A stretch of 64,000 nucleotides of DNA from a virus (Duplodnaviria; Caudoviricetes). Below the pieces are notes generated by a model. It had not been told where the DNA came from. It made no database searches and saw only the letters and a program-made list of their open reading frames with translations. The DNA lies in IMG/VR virus record IMGVR_UViG_3300043443_000360, positions 1 to 64,000 of that record; one strand, written 5' to 3'. The position numbers were made by a program, and so were the translations under genes. Each line of letters opens with the position of its first letter. The first letter of the stretch is position 1. Below, piece after piece: positions 49,084-58,235 of the stretch.

Positions 49084-49576
49084 TTATGATCTTTCTTAAT
49101 ATGATTAGTGAGTGTGTGGTGTGCAAACGCTGACCTAACCTCAATCTCACGTTTACAGTTAGGGCAGATAACGATTCTAGCGCTCAATGCTAAACCAGAA
49201 CCATAGAAAGTCTATATTTAGGCTGTATCGATCAACTCTAAAGCCCAAACCAAATCCTTTCCACGAATATCCAATATGTACCCAATAGCGATCTGCAATA
49301 CGCATTTCTTTATTCATTGCGATATTCATAATCTAATAGATACTTGATGCTGTTTAAAAGGGCAAGGGCAATAAAAGCACTCTTCCAGTAGTTAATATGA
49401 TTGTCCATAAAAGATAGCCCAAGAGCCATGGCCAGTATAAAGGGCGCTCCGTTAATAAAAGATCTGTATATTTTATTCATATCTTAATAGTACCATAGCG
49501 AGAAGACAAAAGCAAGTAGGGTTTAAAGTTCGGCGCAAAATAGATATCCCAAACAACCCCATGCCCAACATGGGCA

Positions 49577-50062
49577 CTACAAGTTAGATTTATCTATATG
49601 CGTAGCCCAATAATACAAGCATTTGTCGCAGCAAGGCTTATTGAATTCGCTATCTTTGGCGGTAGCGTAATGAGCATAAATAATAGGATCTTTACGATAT
49701 AGATTAGATTGATGTGTAGTAATAACACGTTTTAAATGTTCTGGCTTCATCCAAACAGGTTCATTATCTTTCCAGTTATGGCTAAAGTTAGACTTGAGGG
49801 TTCTAAGGTTTGAAACATTTTTCTCTGTCTTAATACCTCTCCAATCCGCTTCATAGACCATATGATCGATATAATCCATAAGTGAACGCTCAGCATTCTT
49901 CCACATAAGAACTGCTGGATGATTGCGCCAAGCACCAGACTCTGATGCGCCAGAGAGAATCTTCATAATTTGATAGCCCTCTAAGACTTGTTTATTAAGG
50001 CGCTTATTGTCTAAGGCTTGGGCGGAATATTCATAATCACTTGATGGTAGAAATGTTTGCAT
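49577..50062 (-). CDS. denV: Pyrimidine-dimer DNA glycosylase / endonuclease V-like
   Basis: MQTFLP...LDNKRLNKQVLE..Q...NHPAVLMW...HQSNLYRKD. Confidence 0.8.
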   Translation of the reverse strand: MQTFLPSSDYEYSAQALDNKRLNKQVLEGYQIMKILSGASESGAWRNHPAVLMWKNAERSLMDYIDHMVYEADWRGIKTEKNVSNLRTLKSNFSHNWKDNEPVWMKPEHLKRVITTHQSNLYRKDPIIYAHYATAKDSEFNKPCCDKCLYYWATHIDKSNL

Positions 50063-50110
50063 GTTTTAAGTATAGCGATTTTGATAGGGGAAGTCAAGTA
50101 TAATAATACT

Positions 50111-50428
50111 ATGAACGAGGCAATCCTATATATAATCTATAGCCCAGTATATAAGGCTGTCAAAATAGGTATATCAGATATATCAGGTAAGCGGTTTGCT
50201 AGCCATAGGCAGAGGGGATGGCTATTAGTGGCCTATTGGCATTTTTTTGAGGGGGATAAGGCAAGAGCCATAGAATCCCTAGTACTACAAACACTAAGAA
50301 AGAAATATAAGCCATTTATGAATAAAGAAGATATGCCCCAAGGTGGATATACTGAGACATTTGATGCATCAAGGATAAGTAAGAAACAATTGATCCGTAT
50401 GGTCAATAAAGCGATCAAGAGTGTTTGA
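50111..50428 (+). CDS. GIY-YIG/T5orf172-like nuclease
   Basis: LYII...KIGIS...RF..H...IE...GYTETF. Confidence 0.7.
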   Translation: MNEAILYIIYSPVYKAVKIGISDISGKRFASHRQRGWLLVAYWHFFEGDKARAIESLVLQTLRKKYKPFMNKEDMPQGGYTETFDASRISKKQLIRMVNKAIKSV

Positions 50429-50450
50429 TATCCCCTGGTTTTTGTAAAAG

Positions 50451-50676
50451 TTATCCACAGGCTAAGGTGTTGTAGTGCCTTAATTTGTTAGGTTTTAAGG
50501 TGTTATATACACTTGATTGTTAGGTTTGATATGGTGGTTTGTTAGGTTTTGCTACACAGTTTGTCAGGTTTTGATAGTTATCCACAATGTACCTATTGTC
50601 TGGTTAAGGTACATTTGATCGGATATTATGGTTTGGAATGTACCTTTTTTGTTAGTTATCCACAGGTTTATCCACA
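50451..50676 (+). repeat. Four perfect DnaA boxes plus 22-bp-period repeats
   Basis: TTATCCACA at 50451, 50578, 50656, 50668; TGTYAGGTTT at 50486, 50518, 50540, 50562. Confidence 0.8.
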
Positions 50677-50713
50677 GATTAATCTTACTGATTATATTAT
50701 TAGACAAGGTATA

Positions 50714-50740
50714 AGTGGAGTAAAGTGGAGGATAGTGGAG
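50714..50740 (+). repeat. Triple AGTGGAG direct repeat with 10-bp period (MraZ-box-like)
   Basis: GTGGAG at 50715, 50725, 50735. Confidence 0.7.
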
Positions 50741-51028
50741 TATAGCGCATCTTTAAGGAGGGCCGTCGTAATCCCCTGGCCCAAACACCCCTATCCAAAC
50801 ACTTATACCACATATCCAAACATTTGTCAAACATTCATATCCAACATATGGGCCATGCATTATATACCAAACATTAGTGTTTGTCAACTTTGTTTTGACA
50901 CAAAACATATGACAAATATCTGAGGATTTTTTGTCGAATTTCGTAATAAATTTAAATAAATTGTTTGAAAATAAAAAATATCAAACAAAATGTTTGAAAA
51001 ACAATTGTTTTATATATAGGTGTTTGTA

Positions 51029-51298
51029 CTATAGGGATTTGGTATTATCAAAGGGATCTATTGGTACTCCCTGGGAAAATCCGTACACTTGCCCCAGGGC
51101 TTCGCCCAGGGCCTGGCCTGCGTCCAGGTCTTCGTAATCTATTGTGTCCGCTAAAAAGTCGGGGGTAAAGGAAAAGAATCTATTAACAATAGGAACATGC
51201 TTAGTAATAGATACAAAGCCATTCCACATAGAGTTAGAGAAAGCCTCATATTCTTTTGGATTTGTTTTTCTATAATCTGCAAAGTGTGATCTTCCCAT
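51029..51298 (-). CDS. Hypothetical protein
   Basis: Leaderless after TGATATAAT. Confidence 0.55.
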   Translation of the reverse strand: MGRSHFADYRKTNPKEYEAFSNSMWNGFVSITKHVPIVNRFFSFTPDFLADTIDYEDLDAGQALGEALGQVYGFSQGVPIDPFDNTKSL

Positions 51299-51477
51299 AT
51301 AAGAATTATATCATTGTTTGATATCACATGTGTCATGTTTGACAAACAAACAATTGTTTGGTAGAATGTCCAGGATTTTTTATACTCCTTCGTAATAAAA
51401 AGTTCCAGGAAATTGGAATGATCTTCGTAATGATGTTTGATATGTTTGTTTGATGCTCGGGCCGTAGCCCAGGATAG

Positions 51478-51768
51478 TCAGTCTTCCTGAGCCCCAGCGT
51501 CTAAGAACATGTCCTCTAATGTATCATAGTTTTGTTTAGAATCAACATTGAGTGCTGCACACAATAACTCCCAAGCCTCGTTAACATATATCTCACCAAC
51601 CTGAGTTGACTCTACGATATTTTCTGTTATCATGAAAGCCAGCGGCAAACCAATATCATTATATTCTACGAAATCATCAAACTCTTCTTCGTCTTTATAA
51701 TTCAGCCAAAAGTCTGCAAGTATCAAACATTTCTTAGAATAATCTATATTGGTTGGCTCTGATGTCAT
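51478..51768 (-). CDS. Early-region hypothetical acidic protein
   Basis: YNDIGLPLA motif; SD AAGGG. Confidence 0.65.
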   Translation of the reverse strand: MTSEPTNIDYSKKCLILADFWLNYKDEEEFDDFVEYNDIGLPLAFMITENIVESTQVGEIYVNEAWELLCAALNVDSKQNYDTLEDMFLDAGAQED

Positions 51769-51943
51769 GTCCCTTATACTCCTCGTTTGCTACTTCTGTA
51801 AGTAGGTTTAGTCTGTGATTTACTACTCCCCCGCCAGTTCTTGCTACATAAGTGCCAACTTGCTCAATGTCAAGTCGCAAATCTGCAAGCAGGTCACCAA
51901 TTTTGACGGCAACTTTTTCTTCTTGTGTCATTCTATGTCGCAT
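51734..51943 (-). CDS. Early-region hypothetical protein
   Basis: SD AAGGAG. Confidence 0.65.
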   Translation of the reverse strand: MRHRMTQEEKVAVKIGDLLADLRLDIEQVGTYVARTGGGVVNHRLNLLTEVANEEYKGHDIRANQYRLF

Positions 51944-52037
51944 AGTATTCTCCTTAGTTCATTGTATCAGAAAGGTGTGGGAGGGGCAAGCCACCCAATT
52001 AGCCTGCCCCATCCCTGATCAGTCTAGTGACCCATTT

Positions 52038-52385
52038 CTAGACTGTGGCAAGTGGCGAATAGGCAGCCACAAATTTATCCCATGGCACGGAAACATTATC
52101 AGTAACAGTCTTGTTAACAAAATCGATAACCACTGTTTGCTCACCTAGGTCAAAGTTATCACCTGATACAGCATAGATACCATATCCTGTTTCGCCTAGG
52201 ACGCTGTCTTGAATAAGATAACTAATCATCATTCTGGTCCCATATGATGAATCATTCCAGCGGGGCTTAGCATGCTCTAGCGCTGCAGCAATGTCAGACT
52301 CCCATTCGCTTTGGCCCCAATGTGAGTACAAAACTACAGATGAGTCAGTTCCGTCCTTGAATACAAAATTAATTCTTGCTCCCAT
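52038..52385 (-). CDS. Early-region hypothetical protein
   Basis: MGAR...LYSHWG motif; SD GAGGAG. Confidence 0.7.
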   Translation of the reverse strand: MGARINFVFKDGTDSSVVLYSHWGQSEWESDIAAALEHAKPRWNDSSYGTRMMISYLIQDSVLGETGYGIYAVSGDNFDLGEQTVVIDFVNKTVTDNVSVPWDKFVAAYSPLATV

Positions 52386-52821
52386 TTGCATACTCCTCTA
52401 TCTCTTTAAGTTGTTCTACTGTAGCACAGAAAGGGCAGCAATCAAAATCAAAGCCACCAAACTTTTCAGCAATTACTTGGCCATCATCTTCAAACTCAGC
52501 ACCGCAGTTCTCACAGCAATGCCAATAAGGGCTAACCTGCACCTGAATAGTAGTATTATCAGGGCACGGTACTTCAGTAATAAAATAACCAATTCTATTT
52601 ACAAAGTGCCAGCCATTCCAGATATAACTACCACCGTCGTCTCCATCACCGTATGTCCAGATACAGCGTGGGTCTTGTGATTTAACAAACTCAACCTCAT
52701 CGCCATAGGTCTCAAACATGGCACCGTCGAATGAAGCATTGTTGTCTATATGATTAGTGATTGGCTTAAACTCTTCTAGCCAGAATTCGAATGTTTGCTC
52801 AATAAAGGTTTCCATTGTCAT
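52369..52821 (-). CDS. Early-region protein with C-terminal zinc ribbon
   Basis: FETYG.E..FV, VNRIGY.IT, CENC...CPFC. Confidence 0.7.
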   Translation of the reverse strand: MTMETFIEQTFEFWLEEFKPITNHIDNNASFDGAMFETYGDEVEFVKSQDPRCIWTYGDGDDGGSYIWNGWHFVNRIGYFITEVPCPDNTTIQVQVSPYWHCCENCGAEFEDDGQVIAEKFGGFDFDCCPFCATVEQLKEIEEYANGSKN

Positions 52822-53027
52822 TCTGCCAATTCTACTGGAGAGATATATTGTTTGTCAAAAATGAGGTGGTATGCGGCAGATAATCCATCTACATAGCCAC
52901 TAGCCTCAGTACGTTCCATAGATACCATAGCATCGCTATAGTCATCCTCTTCCTCTGCCTTGGCTATTTCTAGAAAGTCTAAAGTAGCCTTGTCAATCAT
53001 TTGTTCAAGCATTTGTTGTGGGTTCAT
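52818..53027 (-). CDS. Small acidic helical protein
   Basis: ATGA coupling; GY...L...Y shared with neighbour. Confidence 0.6.
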   Translation of the reverse strand: MNPQQMLEQMIDKATLDFLEIAKAEEEDDYSDAMVSMERTEASGYVDGLSAAYHLIFDKQYISPVELAE

Positions 53028-53272
53028 TGGGTATCCTCTATCTGTTGTCTGTCTATAGATAAATTATATGTCATACAGTACATATCTGTCAAGGCCTGCA
53101 TATAACCTTCTAGCCATTCATACTCATCGCTTTGATCACAGCGCTCCAACTTCTCCTGACACTCAAGCATTTCTACTTTAAGGTGCCCATGCATGATATC
53201 AATTAGGGGAATAGATACATCCTCTAAAGACTTAACTAGATTATCAGGGATAAAGGGGTACTTAGTGCTCAT
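53024..53272 (-). CDS. Small acidic helical protein
   Basis: Coupled ORF. Confidence 0.6.
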   Translation of the reverse strand: MSTKYPFIPDNLVKSLEDVSIPLIDIMHGHLKVEMLECQEKLERCDQSDEYEWLEGYMQALTDMYCMTYNLSIDRQQIEDTQ

Positions 53273-53465
53273 CCAATACTCCTAGTAAGTGATAGCAGGC
53301 AATGATTTGACCATTATTAGAGATATCCTCAATCTCAAGGGTACGATAGTCATCGTCTTCATAGTTAGTATAGTTATCCATTTGCTTCTCAAGGAACTCG
53401 CTATCCTGCTCAAGGCTAAGGATATGTAGTTTGAGATACTCCTTGAATGTGTTGAGGTCTTGCAC
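53262..53465 (-). CDS. Small acidic helical protein
   Basis: Coupled ORF. Confidence 0.55.
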   Translation of the reverse strand: MQDLNTFKEYLKLHILSLEQDSEFLEKQMDNYTNYEDDDYRTLEIEDISNNGQIIACYHLLGVLDEH

Positions 53466-53611
53466 TAAACTTCCTCAACATCAATCATATTGACTTCTGC
53501 AAAGTGGGCATAACCCTCGTAGTCCCAGCCATACTCCTCTGCTTCTTCAGGTGTGTCTGCTTCTACCTCGTAGTTATACTCTACAATTACATTTACATTA
53601 TATGTTGGCAT
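53465..53611 (-). CDS. Small acidic protein (not in ORF track)
   Basis: MPTYNVNV...YEVEADTPEEAEE; SD AAGGAG. Confidence 0.6.
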   Translation of the reverse strand: MPTYNVNVIVEYNYEVEADTPEEAEEYGWDYEGYAHFAEVNMIDVEEV

Positions 53612-53628
53612 TTGTTTTCTCCTTTATA

Positions 53629-53835
53629 TTAATTATAAGGGTTGGAGTTGATTTTTACAACATTTGAAGGTGTGATACTAATCACAGGAGGCATTTGCTC
53701 AGGTTCCACGGCGGTACGGGTAACAAAAGTGTCCAGGGAGCAAACACAAGCGGGATCATGATTAGGAGTCTTATTAGTAATAACCTCCATTAAGGCATCA
53801 CAATCAGTACAAACATAACTATACTTAGTCCACAT
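53629..53835 (-). CDS. Small zinc-ribbon protein
   Basis: Y.CTDC...C.C. Confidence 0.55.
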   Translation of the reverse strand: MWTKYSYVCTDCDALMEVITNKTPNHDPACVCSLDTFVTRTAVEPEQMPPVISITPSNVVKINSNPYN

Positions 53836-54302
53836 TAGTCAAAGTACCCTTCTGCCCATAGGCCTTGCATAAAACTAATTGCTTTTAATAATCCCTCAAC
53901 CATAGGGTCTTTATCTACATAGGTAACATTAGAGTTTCTAATATAAAACAATTTAGCATCATGAACAGAATTGATCATTTCATCTAAGTCGTCTACTGTA
54001 TAGCCTAACATTATTCTACCTCTATTCCTGCATACTTAGCAATAGTGTTTAGTGTAGTATGTATATGGCAGTCGCAGTCTTCTCCACCCATATTGGCTTC
54101 AAATTCTAGATGAGAATAATTATCCTCATATATTTCATTAATTAGGTCATTTACTGTGTTTGGATATGTTGTTTGGGTCATGTATTAATTCTACAGCCCC
54201 AGGAAATTAATGTCAAGTACGTAATAAGATTTGGGGAAAAATCTTATGTGATCTTAATCACAAGCCCGAGAAAATCTCAACTCGGGGCCCCATTTACGCT
54301 TG

Positions 54303-54376
54303 CGATCACGAAGGGACTCGAACCCTCGACCTCCACCGTGACAGGGTGGCGTTCTAACCAACTGAACTACGTGACC
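54303..54376 (-). tRNA. tRNA-Asp(GTC)
   Basis: CCACC-CTGTCAC-GGTGG; GTTCGAGTC. Confidence 0.93.
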
Positions 54377-54379
54377 AAG

Positions 54380-54408
54380 TGAGCAGTTTTACATCATGCT
54401 CAGGATGT
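54380..54408 (-). ncRNA. Repeated H-type pseudoknot, copy 1
   Basis: ACAUC-cUGAGCAu-GAUGU-AAAAC-UGCUCA. Confidence 0.7.
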
Positions 54409-54437
54409 TGCGTTTCTGACGTCGCAAATTTATTTTA

Positions 54438-55460
54438 TCATGCTAATTGCATAACATTCTGTACAACTTTGAGCAGACGATTCTTTTCTGCGTTAATTGC
54501 AGGGTCAAAACCGCTTGCGCTTGCAAGAATTGATTCGTTAGAACCACCACGAGCAGAACGATACCAATCAAGGCGTTCTGTAAGTGCATTGAAAGCACCC
54601 CAAGCATTACCAGCAATCATACCATTAAATTCACCAGTGTAGATATCGTTAATGGTGTCAATTTTATTTTCCCACTTCTTTAGCGCACCCTTAGAATCTT
54701 TCTCAGGCTTTGCATAAGCAGCAAGAATAATATCGTTGAATTGCTTAGCGGTGACTTCTTTCTCGAACATAGCCTTAGCCATGATGTCGAATTCGTCCAT
54801 GTACGCATTAGCAAGACCAAGAGTCTCACGTGCAATCTGAATCTTACCCTCAGCAGTCTGAGTGTGACGAATCTTGAATGATTGCTTGATACCCTTATTC
54901 TTCTTACGACCTATGCCACCAAGAGCAAGATTAAGAGTGTTAGCGCATACAACACGAACAGGTGTAATGCTTGCTTGAATAGCAATCGAACCATCGTGTG
55001 ATGTGTTGATGAGCAAATAAGTTTTTACCTTATCTGCAACACCGCTAGGGTCTAGAACTGTCTCACGCTCAAGAGCAAGAGAGCCAAATACTACACGCCC
55101 ACCCTTGATTGCGCCAGCAGTCTCCCAGCGACCACCACCGTCAAGAATGTTATCACCAAATGAAAATAAATCTTCATTTTGTAGGGGTACATAACGCTCA
55201 CCAACAATTCCAAGAATGTCAGTTTGAGTTTTATCTGTAGGGTTAGTACGCAATACGTACTGATATGATTTATCACTTGTTAAATGGGTAGGGGTCTCTA
55301 AATCTTCCAGACGAACATTCCAACCATTGAGGTTTGCAGCCTCTAGCATTTCGCTTGTTGTTTTTTCTTCTGTAAAGACAGTACCCAATCCATGCCAAGC
55401 AGGTTCACGGAAAGAAGCGAAAGAGGTTTTTCCGTTTTGTGTTTCTAGGTCATGTGCCAT
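54438..55460 (-). CDS. DUF932 / TIGR03299-type phage-plasmid protein
   Basis: PAWHGLG, QNE..F, ETAG...GGR.VF, NTSHDGS, TPVRVVCANTL, RHT. Confidence 0.9.
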   Translation of the reverse strand: MAHDLETQNGKTSFASFREPAWHGLGTVFTEEKTTSEMLEAANLNGWNVRLEDLETPTHLTSDKSYQYVLRTNPTDKTQTDILGIVGERYVPLQNEDLFSFGDNILDGGGRWETAGAIKGGRVVFGSLALERETVLDPSGVADKVKTYLLINTSHDGSIAIQASITPVRVVCANTLNLALGGIGRKKNKGIKQSFKIRHTQTAEGKIQIARETLGLANAYMDEFDIMAKAMFEKEVTAKQFNDIILAAYAKPEKDSKGALKKWENKIDTINDIYTGEFNGMIAGNAWGAFNALTERLDWYRSARGGSNESILASASGFDPAINAEKNRLLKVVQNVMQLA

Positions 55461-55635
55461 GAGTTTTTCTCCTTTTTGTTGTTGATAGTTTAATTTTACA
55501 CTGTGGGTCTGACAATGTCAAATAGTGTACGTAATCATGGGGCAAATCGGACATTTTCTTAAGGTGATCTTAAACACATGTGATATTGATCACGCCCCCC
55601 GAGCCGCATATTTATGCAGTGCAGTGAATAAAAAA

Positions 55636-55696
55636 TGAGCAGTTTACGTGGCCGTGCTCAGGGCCCTTATCCAGTTTAGAGACATGTGACAGGTCT
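55636..55696 (-). ncRNA. Two tandem pseudoknot copies (variant 55668-55696 and copy 2 at 55636-55665)
   Basis: AGAC-cUGUCACAu-GUCU-CUAAAC-UGGAUA; GGCC-cUGAGCAc-GGCC-ACGUAAAC-UGCUCA. Confidence 0.65.
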
Positions 55697-55711
55697 ATTA
55701 GTAGCCCCCTA

Positions 55712-56140
55712 CTAAATATCGATTCTGTCAACACTGGCGCTGAGCCATGTGATGTAGTCATCGTTGTACTGAATGGTTTCGAAGTCAATATTGTTTACAA
55801 TATCTTCTGCATCTTCATCATGAGGTACCTGCATTGTTATGCTGTAAGTTACGGTAACCTCTGCTTCAATTTCTTTAGTTAATTCAAATCCACAAATGTC
55901 TGCAATCTCTTCTGCTTGTGTAGTTGAAAGAACATCGTCACGTAGTGCATCCATGGTCCACTCGTGCATGGAATCACGCATTCTCTGCATCTCTGCATTA
56001 ATTGCATATGAGCGCTGTAGATTATCTGATGAGCGGTCCTGCAGTGAAATAATCATCGCATCCTTTTTCTCAATTGCTTCCTGCAATGCAGCAATCTGTC
56101 GATTAAGGAATTCCGCTGTTGCTATTACTGATTGGTCCAT
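55712..56140 (-). CDS. Early-region coiled-coil/acidic protein
   Basis: Own TTGACA-17-TATACT promoter. Confidence 0.7.
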   Translation of the reverse strand: MDQSVIATAEFLNRQIAALQEAIEKKDAMIISLQDRSSDNLQRSYAINAEMQRMRDSMHEWTMDALRDDVLSTTQAEEIADICGFELTKEIEAEVTVTYSITMQVPHDEDAEDIVNNIDFETIQYNDDYITWLSASVDRIDI

Positions 56141-56323
56141 GGGGGCCTGCTTTCTGTTAGTTTGTTTACTTAAGTATACTGGTGGCCACTGACAATGTCA
56201 AGGACCCCCGTAGGGGTGAGTTCTTACTTACGACATTAGGCGAGATACTCACGAAACTGCCTCTGTTTCGATCCCCCCAGGGGACTTTCGCAGAAAATCT
56301 GCCTTGAACGCAGGGGAGAAAAT

Positions 56324-56354
56324 TGAGCAGTTTATACTGACTTACTCAGGTCAG
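56324..56354 (-). ncRNA. Repeated pseudoknot, copy 3
   Basis: CUGAC-cUGAGUAa-GUCAG-UAUAAAC-UGCUCA. Confidence 0.7.
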
Positions 56355-56363
56355 AATATCTAA

Positions 56364-56765
56364 TTAAAGATACTGAGCGATAGTCTTGAAAGTTGTAGCA
56401 TTTACAACTTCCTCGTCCGTCATTTTGAGAATACGAATTGCATTTTCAATTTCTGAAACTTCATAGCGACCAAGTTCTTGTTCAAGGTCAAGTTCAGGCT
56501 TCTTTGGCAATTTGATTTCATTAGCAGGAATTGTGAAACTAGCAGATACTTCTCCACGCCAATTCTCATGTGCAGAAACCTCTGCCTTGTTAATTTGCTT
56601 GACGATAAGTTCTGCAACTTCCTTAGCCCACGCCTTTTCTACCTTCTCGTAGTCCTTGCGCTTCTTTTCGTTGTTAGTAATTGCCTTTGCACTATTTGTA
56701 AGTTTGTCTTCAAGTGCCTTGATTACTTTTGCTGTTGATACTTTAACTGAGATTGCTCTAGCCAT
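56364..56765 (-). CDS. Early-region hypothetical protein
   Basis: SD AAGGA; highly biased codons. Confidence 0.75.
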   Translation of the reverse strand: MARAISVKVSTAKVIKALEDKLTNSAKAITNNEKKRKDYEKVEKAWAKEVAELIVKQINKAEVSAHENWRGEVSASFTIPANEIKLPKKPELDLEQELGRYEVSEIENAIRILKMTDEEVVNATTFKTIAQYL

Positions 56766-56798
56766 TGGGTTTTCCTTTTCTGTTAGTTGGGGGTATGT

Positions 56799-56830
56799 TG
56801 AGCAGTTTAATTATCTCATGCTCAGGAGAT
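56799..56830 (-). ncRNA. Repeated pseudoknot, copy 4
   Basis: AUCUC-cUGAGCAu-GAGAU-AAUUAAAC-UGCUCA. Confidence 0.7.
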
Positions 56831-56839
56831 TTAGTCAAT

Positions 56840-57007
56840 TTACTTTGCTGTCCAAGTTGTATAACGAGGTGTGCCATTTACATCTAACTTAACACGAACG
56901 CTCTGTCCGTCCTTGTTAGGTGTGATTTCAAGAATTGTTCCTGTAACCTTTGACTTCTGTGTTGTGTAGGTGTCGCCTACCTTGTATGTTGCTGTTGCTA
57001 CTGACAT
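56840..57007 (-). CDS. Small SH3/KOW-like protein (not in ORF track)
   Basis: MSVATATYKVGDTYTTQKSKVTGTI..., 55 aa, SD AAGGAG, own promoter. Confidence 0.7.
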   Translation of the reverse strand: MSVATATYKVGDTYTTQKSKVTGTILEITPNKDGQSVRVKLDVNGTPRYTTWTAK

Positions 57008-57102
57008 TTTTTCTCCTTTGTTAGTTGTTGTTTGTTATATTTAATTTTAGCATTTTTGAGATTTCTCGTCAAGTTATTTTTGAGATTTCTCATATTTTGA
57101 GA

Positions 57103-57273
57103 TTATTTAGAGGTCTTGACCATAGCAAGACGGCGTGAGCCATTTGCCAAAACCAAAGAAACTCTGGTAACCTTATTAGACATTGGTGTAAAGTCTGCAA
57201 TACGACCTGTAACGCCTGTCTTAGATGTAGTGAATAAATCACCAATCTGATATGTGTAACCTGAGATAGTCAT
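57103..57273 (-). CDS. Small SH3/KOW-like protein, paralogue of 56840 (not in ORF track)
   Basis: MTISGYTYQIGDLFTTSKTGVTGRI..., 56 aa, SD AAGGA, own promoter. Confidence 0.7.
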   Translation of the reverse strand: MTISGYTYQIGDLFTTSKTGVTGRIADFTPMSNKVTRVSLVLANGSRRLAMVKTSK

Positions 57274-57500
57274 TGGGGACTTCCTTTCTGTTTGGGTATA
57301 ATATAATTATAGAGTAAAAATCTCAAAAATACCAATCCAAATGACATTTTCCAGTGTGATAAACCCCACATCTTAACAGCGTGTTCTTAACTTGACAAAA
57401 CCATCTTTGGCCCCCCGAGCCCTTTCTGATCATGGCGGGGGATTTATTGCAACAAGAATAAATAAAATAACCAAAGTAAAATAAACGCAAAGGTTTTCAT

Positions 57501-58235
57501 TTATTTTTTACTAGCGCTAAATACGATATCACTTTTAGAGTATACACATAGCGAACAAGAAACACAAGCGGACCCTGCAGTGCTAATAAGTGGAATTGCT
57601 TTTTTATTTTCAGGACACTTAGCGCCAGGCTTTCCAATCATTTCTTTCATATCTGCTTGGCCTATTGCAAAATTCTTAGCAAGATATGCAAGGCGTACGC
57701 CATGATTATTTTTTAACTCTACGCCAGTTTTCACATTGGCACTATCTGTAGAATAATATAAAGATAGGTTAGGGATATCCTTTAGGATGAGTGCAGCAGA
57801 TTTTACACGAGTGTATACCCAGAATTGAATGTCAGGGTTTTCATTGATTACATTCTTCCATGCATATGTATAGAAATCATTAAAGAAATCTCCGTCCCAG
57901 TGAATGCGGAAGAGCATAGGGGCGTCTTTCTTTACACAATCAGTTTTAAACTCTGCAATCATTTCTGAAAGTAGAGTGTACATTGTTTCCATATCTGCAT
58001 TGCGTAGCAATTCCCAGTTATGCAATAGATTAACTTTTACGGTTGGGAATATCTTTTCCAATTTGCCTGCATAGCAAACAGTCTCACAGACAGACGTTGC
58101 GCCAGGACATGAATAATTTTTTCCTGCGGGTAGTCCGAAGGTGTTAGCAATTGCGGCCTGCTTTCCATTTTTTGTGACAAGATTAGCAACCTTTCTATCG
58201 TTAGAGCGCTTAAGTTTAAGTGTATTAGTAGTCAA
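57501..58235 (-). CDS. Gp88-like Cys-cluster (radical-SAM-like) protein
   Basis: FGLPA...CPGA...C...CYA, FRIHWDGDF, FWVYT, CP...C..C..C. Confidence 0.75.
   Translation of the reverse strand: MTTNTLKLKRSNDRKVANLVTKNGKQAAIANTFGLPAGKNYSCPGATSVCETVCYAGKLEKIFPTVKVNLLHNWELLRNADMETMYTLLSEMIAEFKTDCVKKDAPMLFRIHWDGDFFNDFYTYAWKNVINENPDIQFWVYTRVKSAALILKDIPNLSLYYSTDSANVKTGVELKNNHGVRLAYLAKNFAIGQADMKEMIGKPGAKCPENKKAIPLISTAGSACVSCSLCVYSKSDIVFSASKK

Noticed and set aside
50486-50572. TTAGGTT repeats as IdeR/DtxR boxes
   Set aside because: Only half-sites in direct orientation; the palindromic AACCTAA half is missing.
50549-51137. ORFs 50549-50923 and 50931-51137 (+)
   Set aside because: Run through the DnaA-box/repeat block; TTG starts without RBS; not protein-like.
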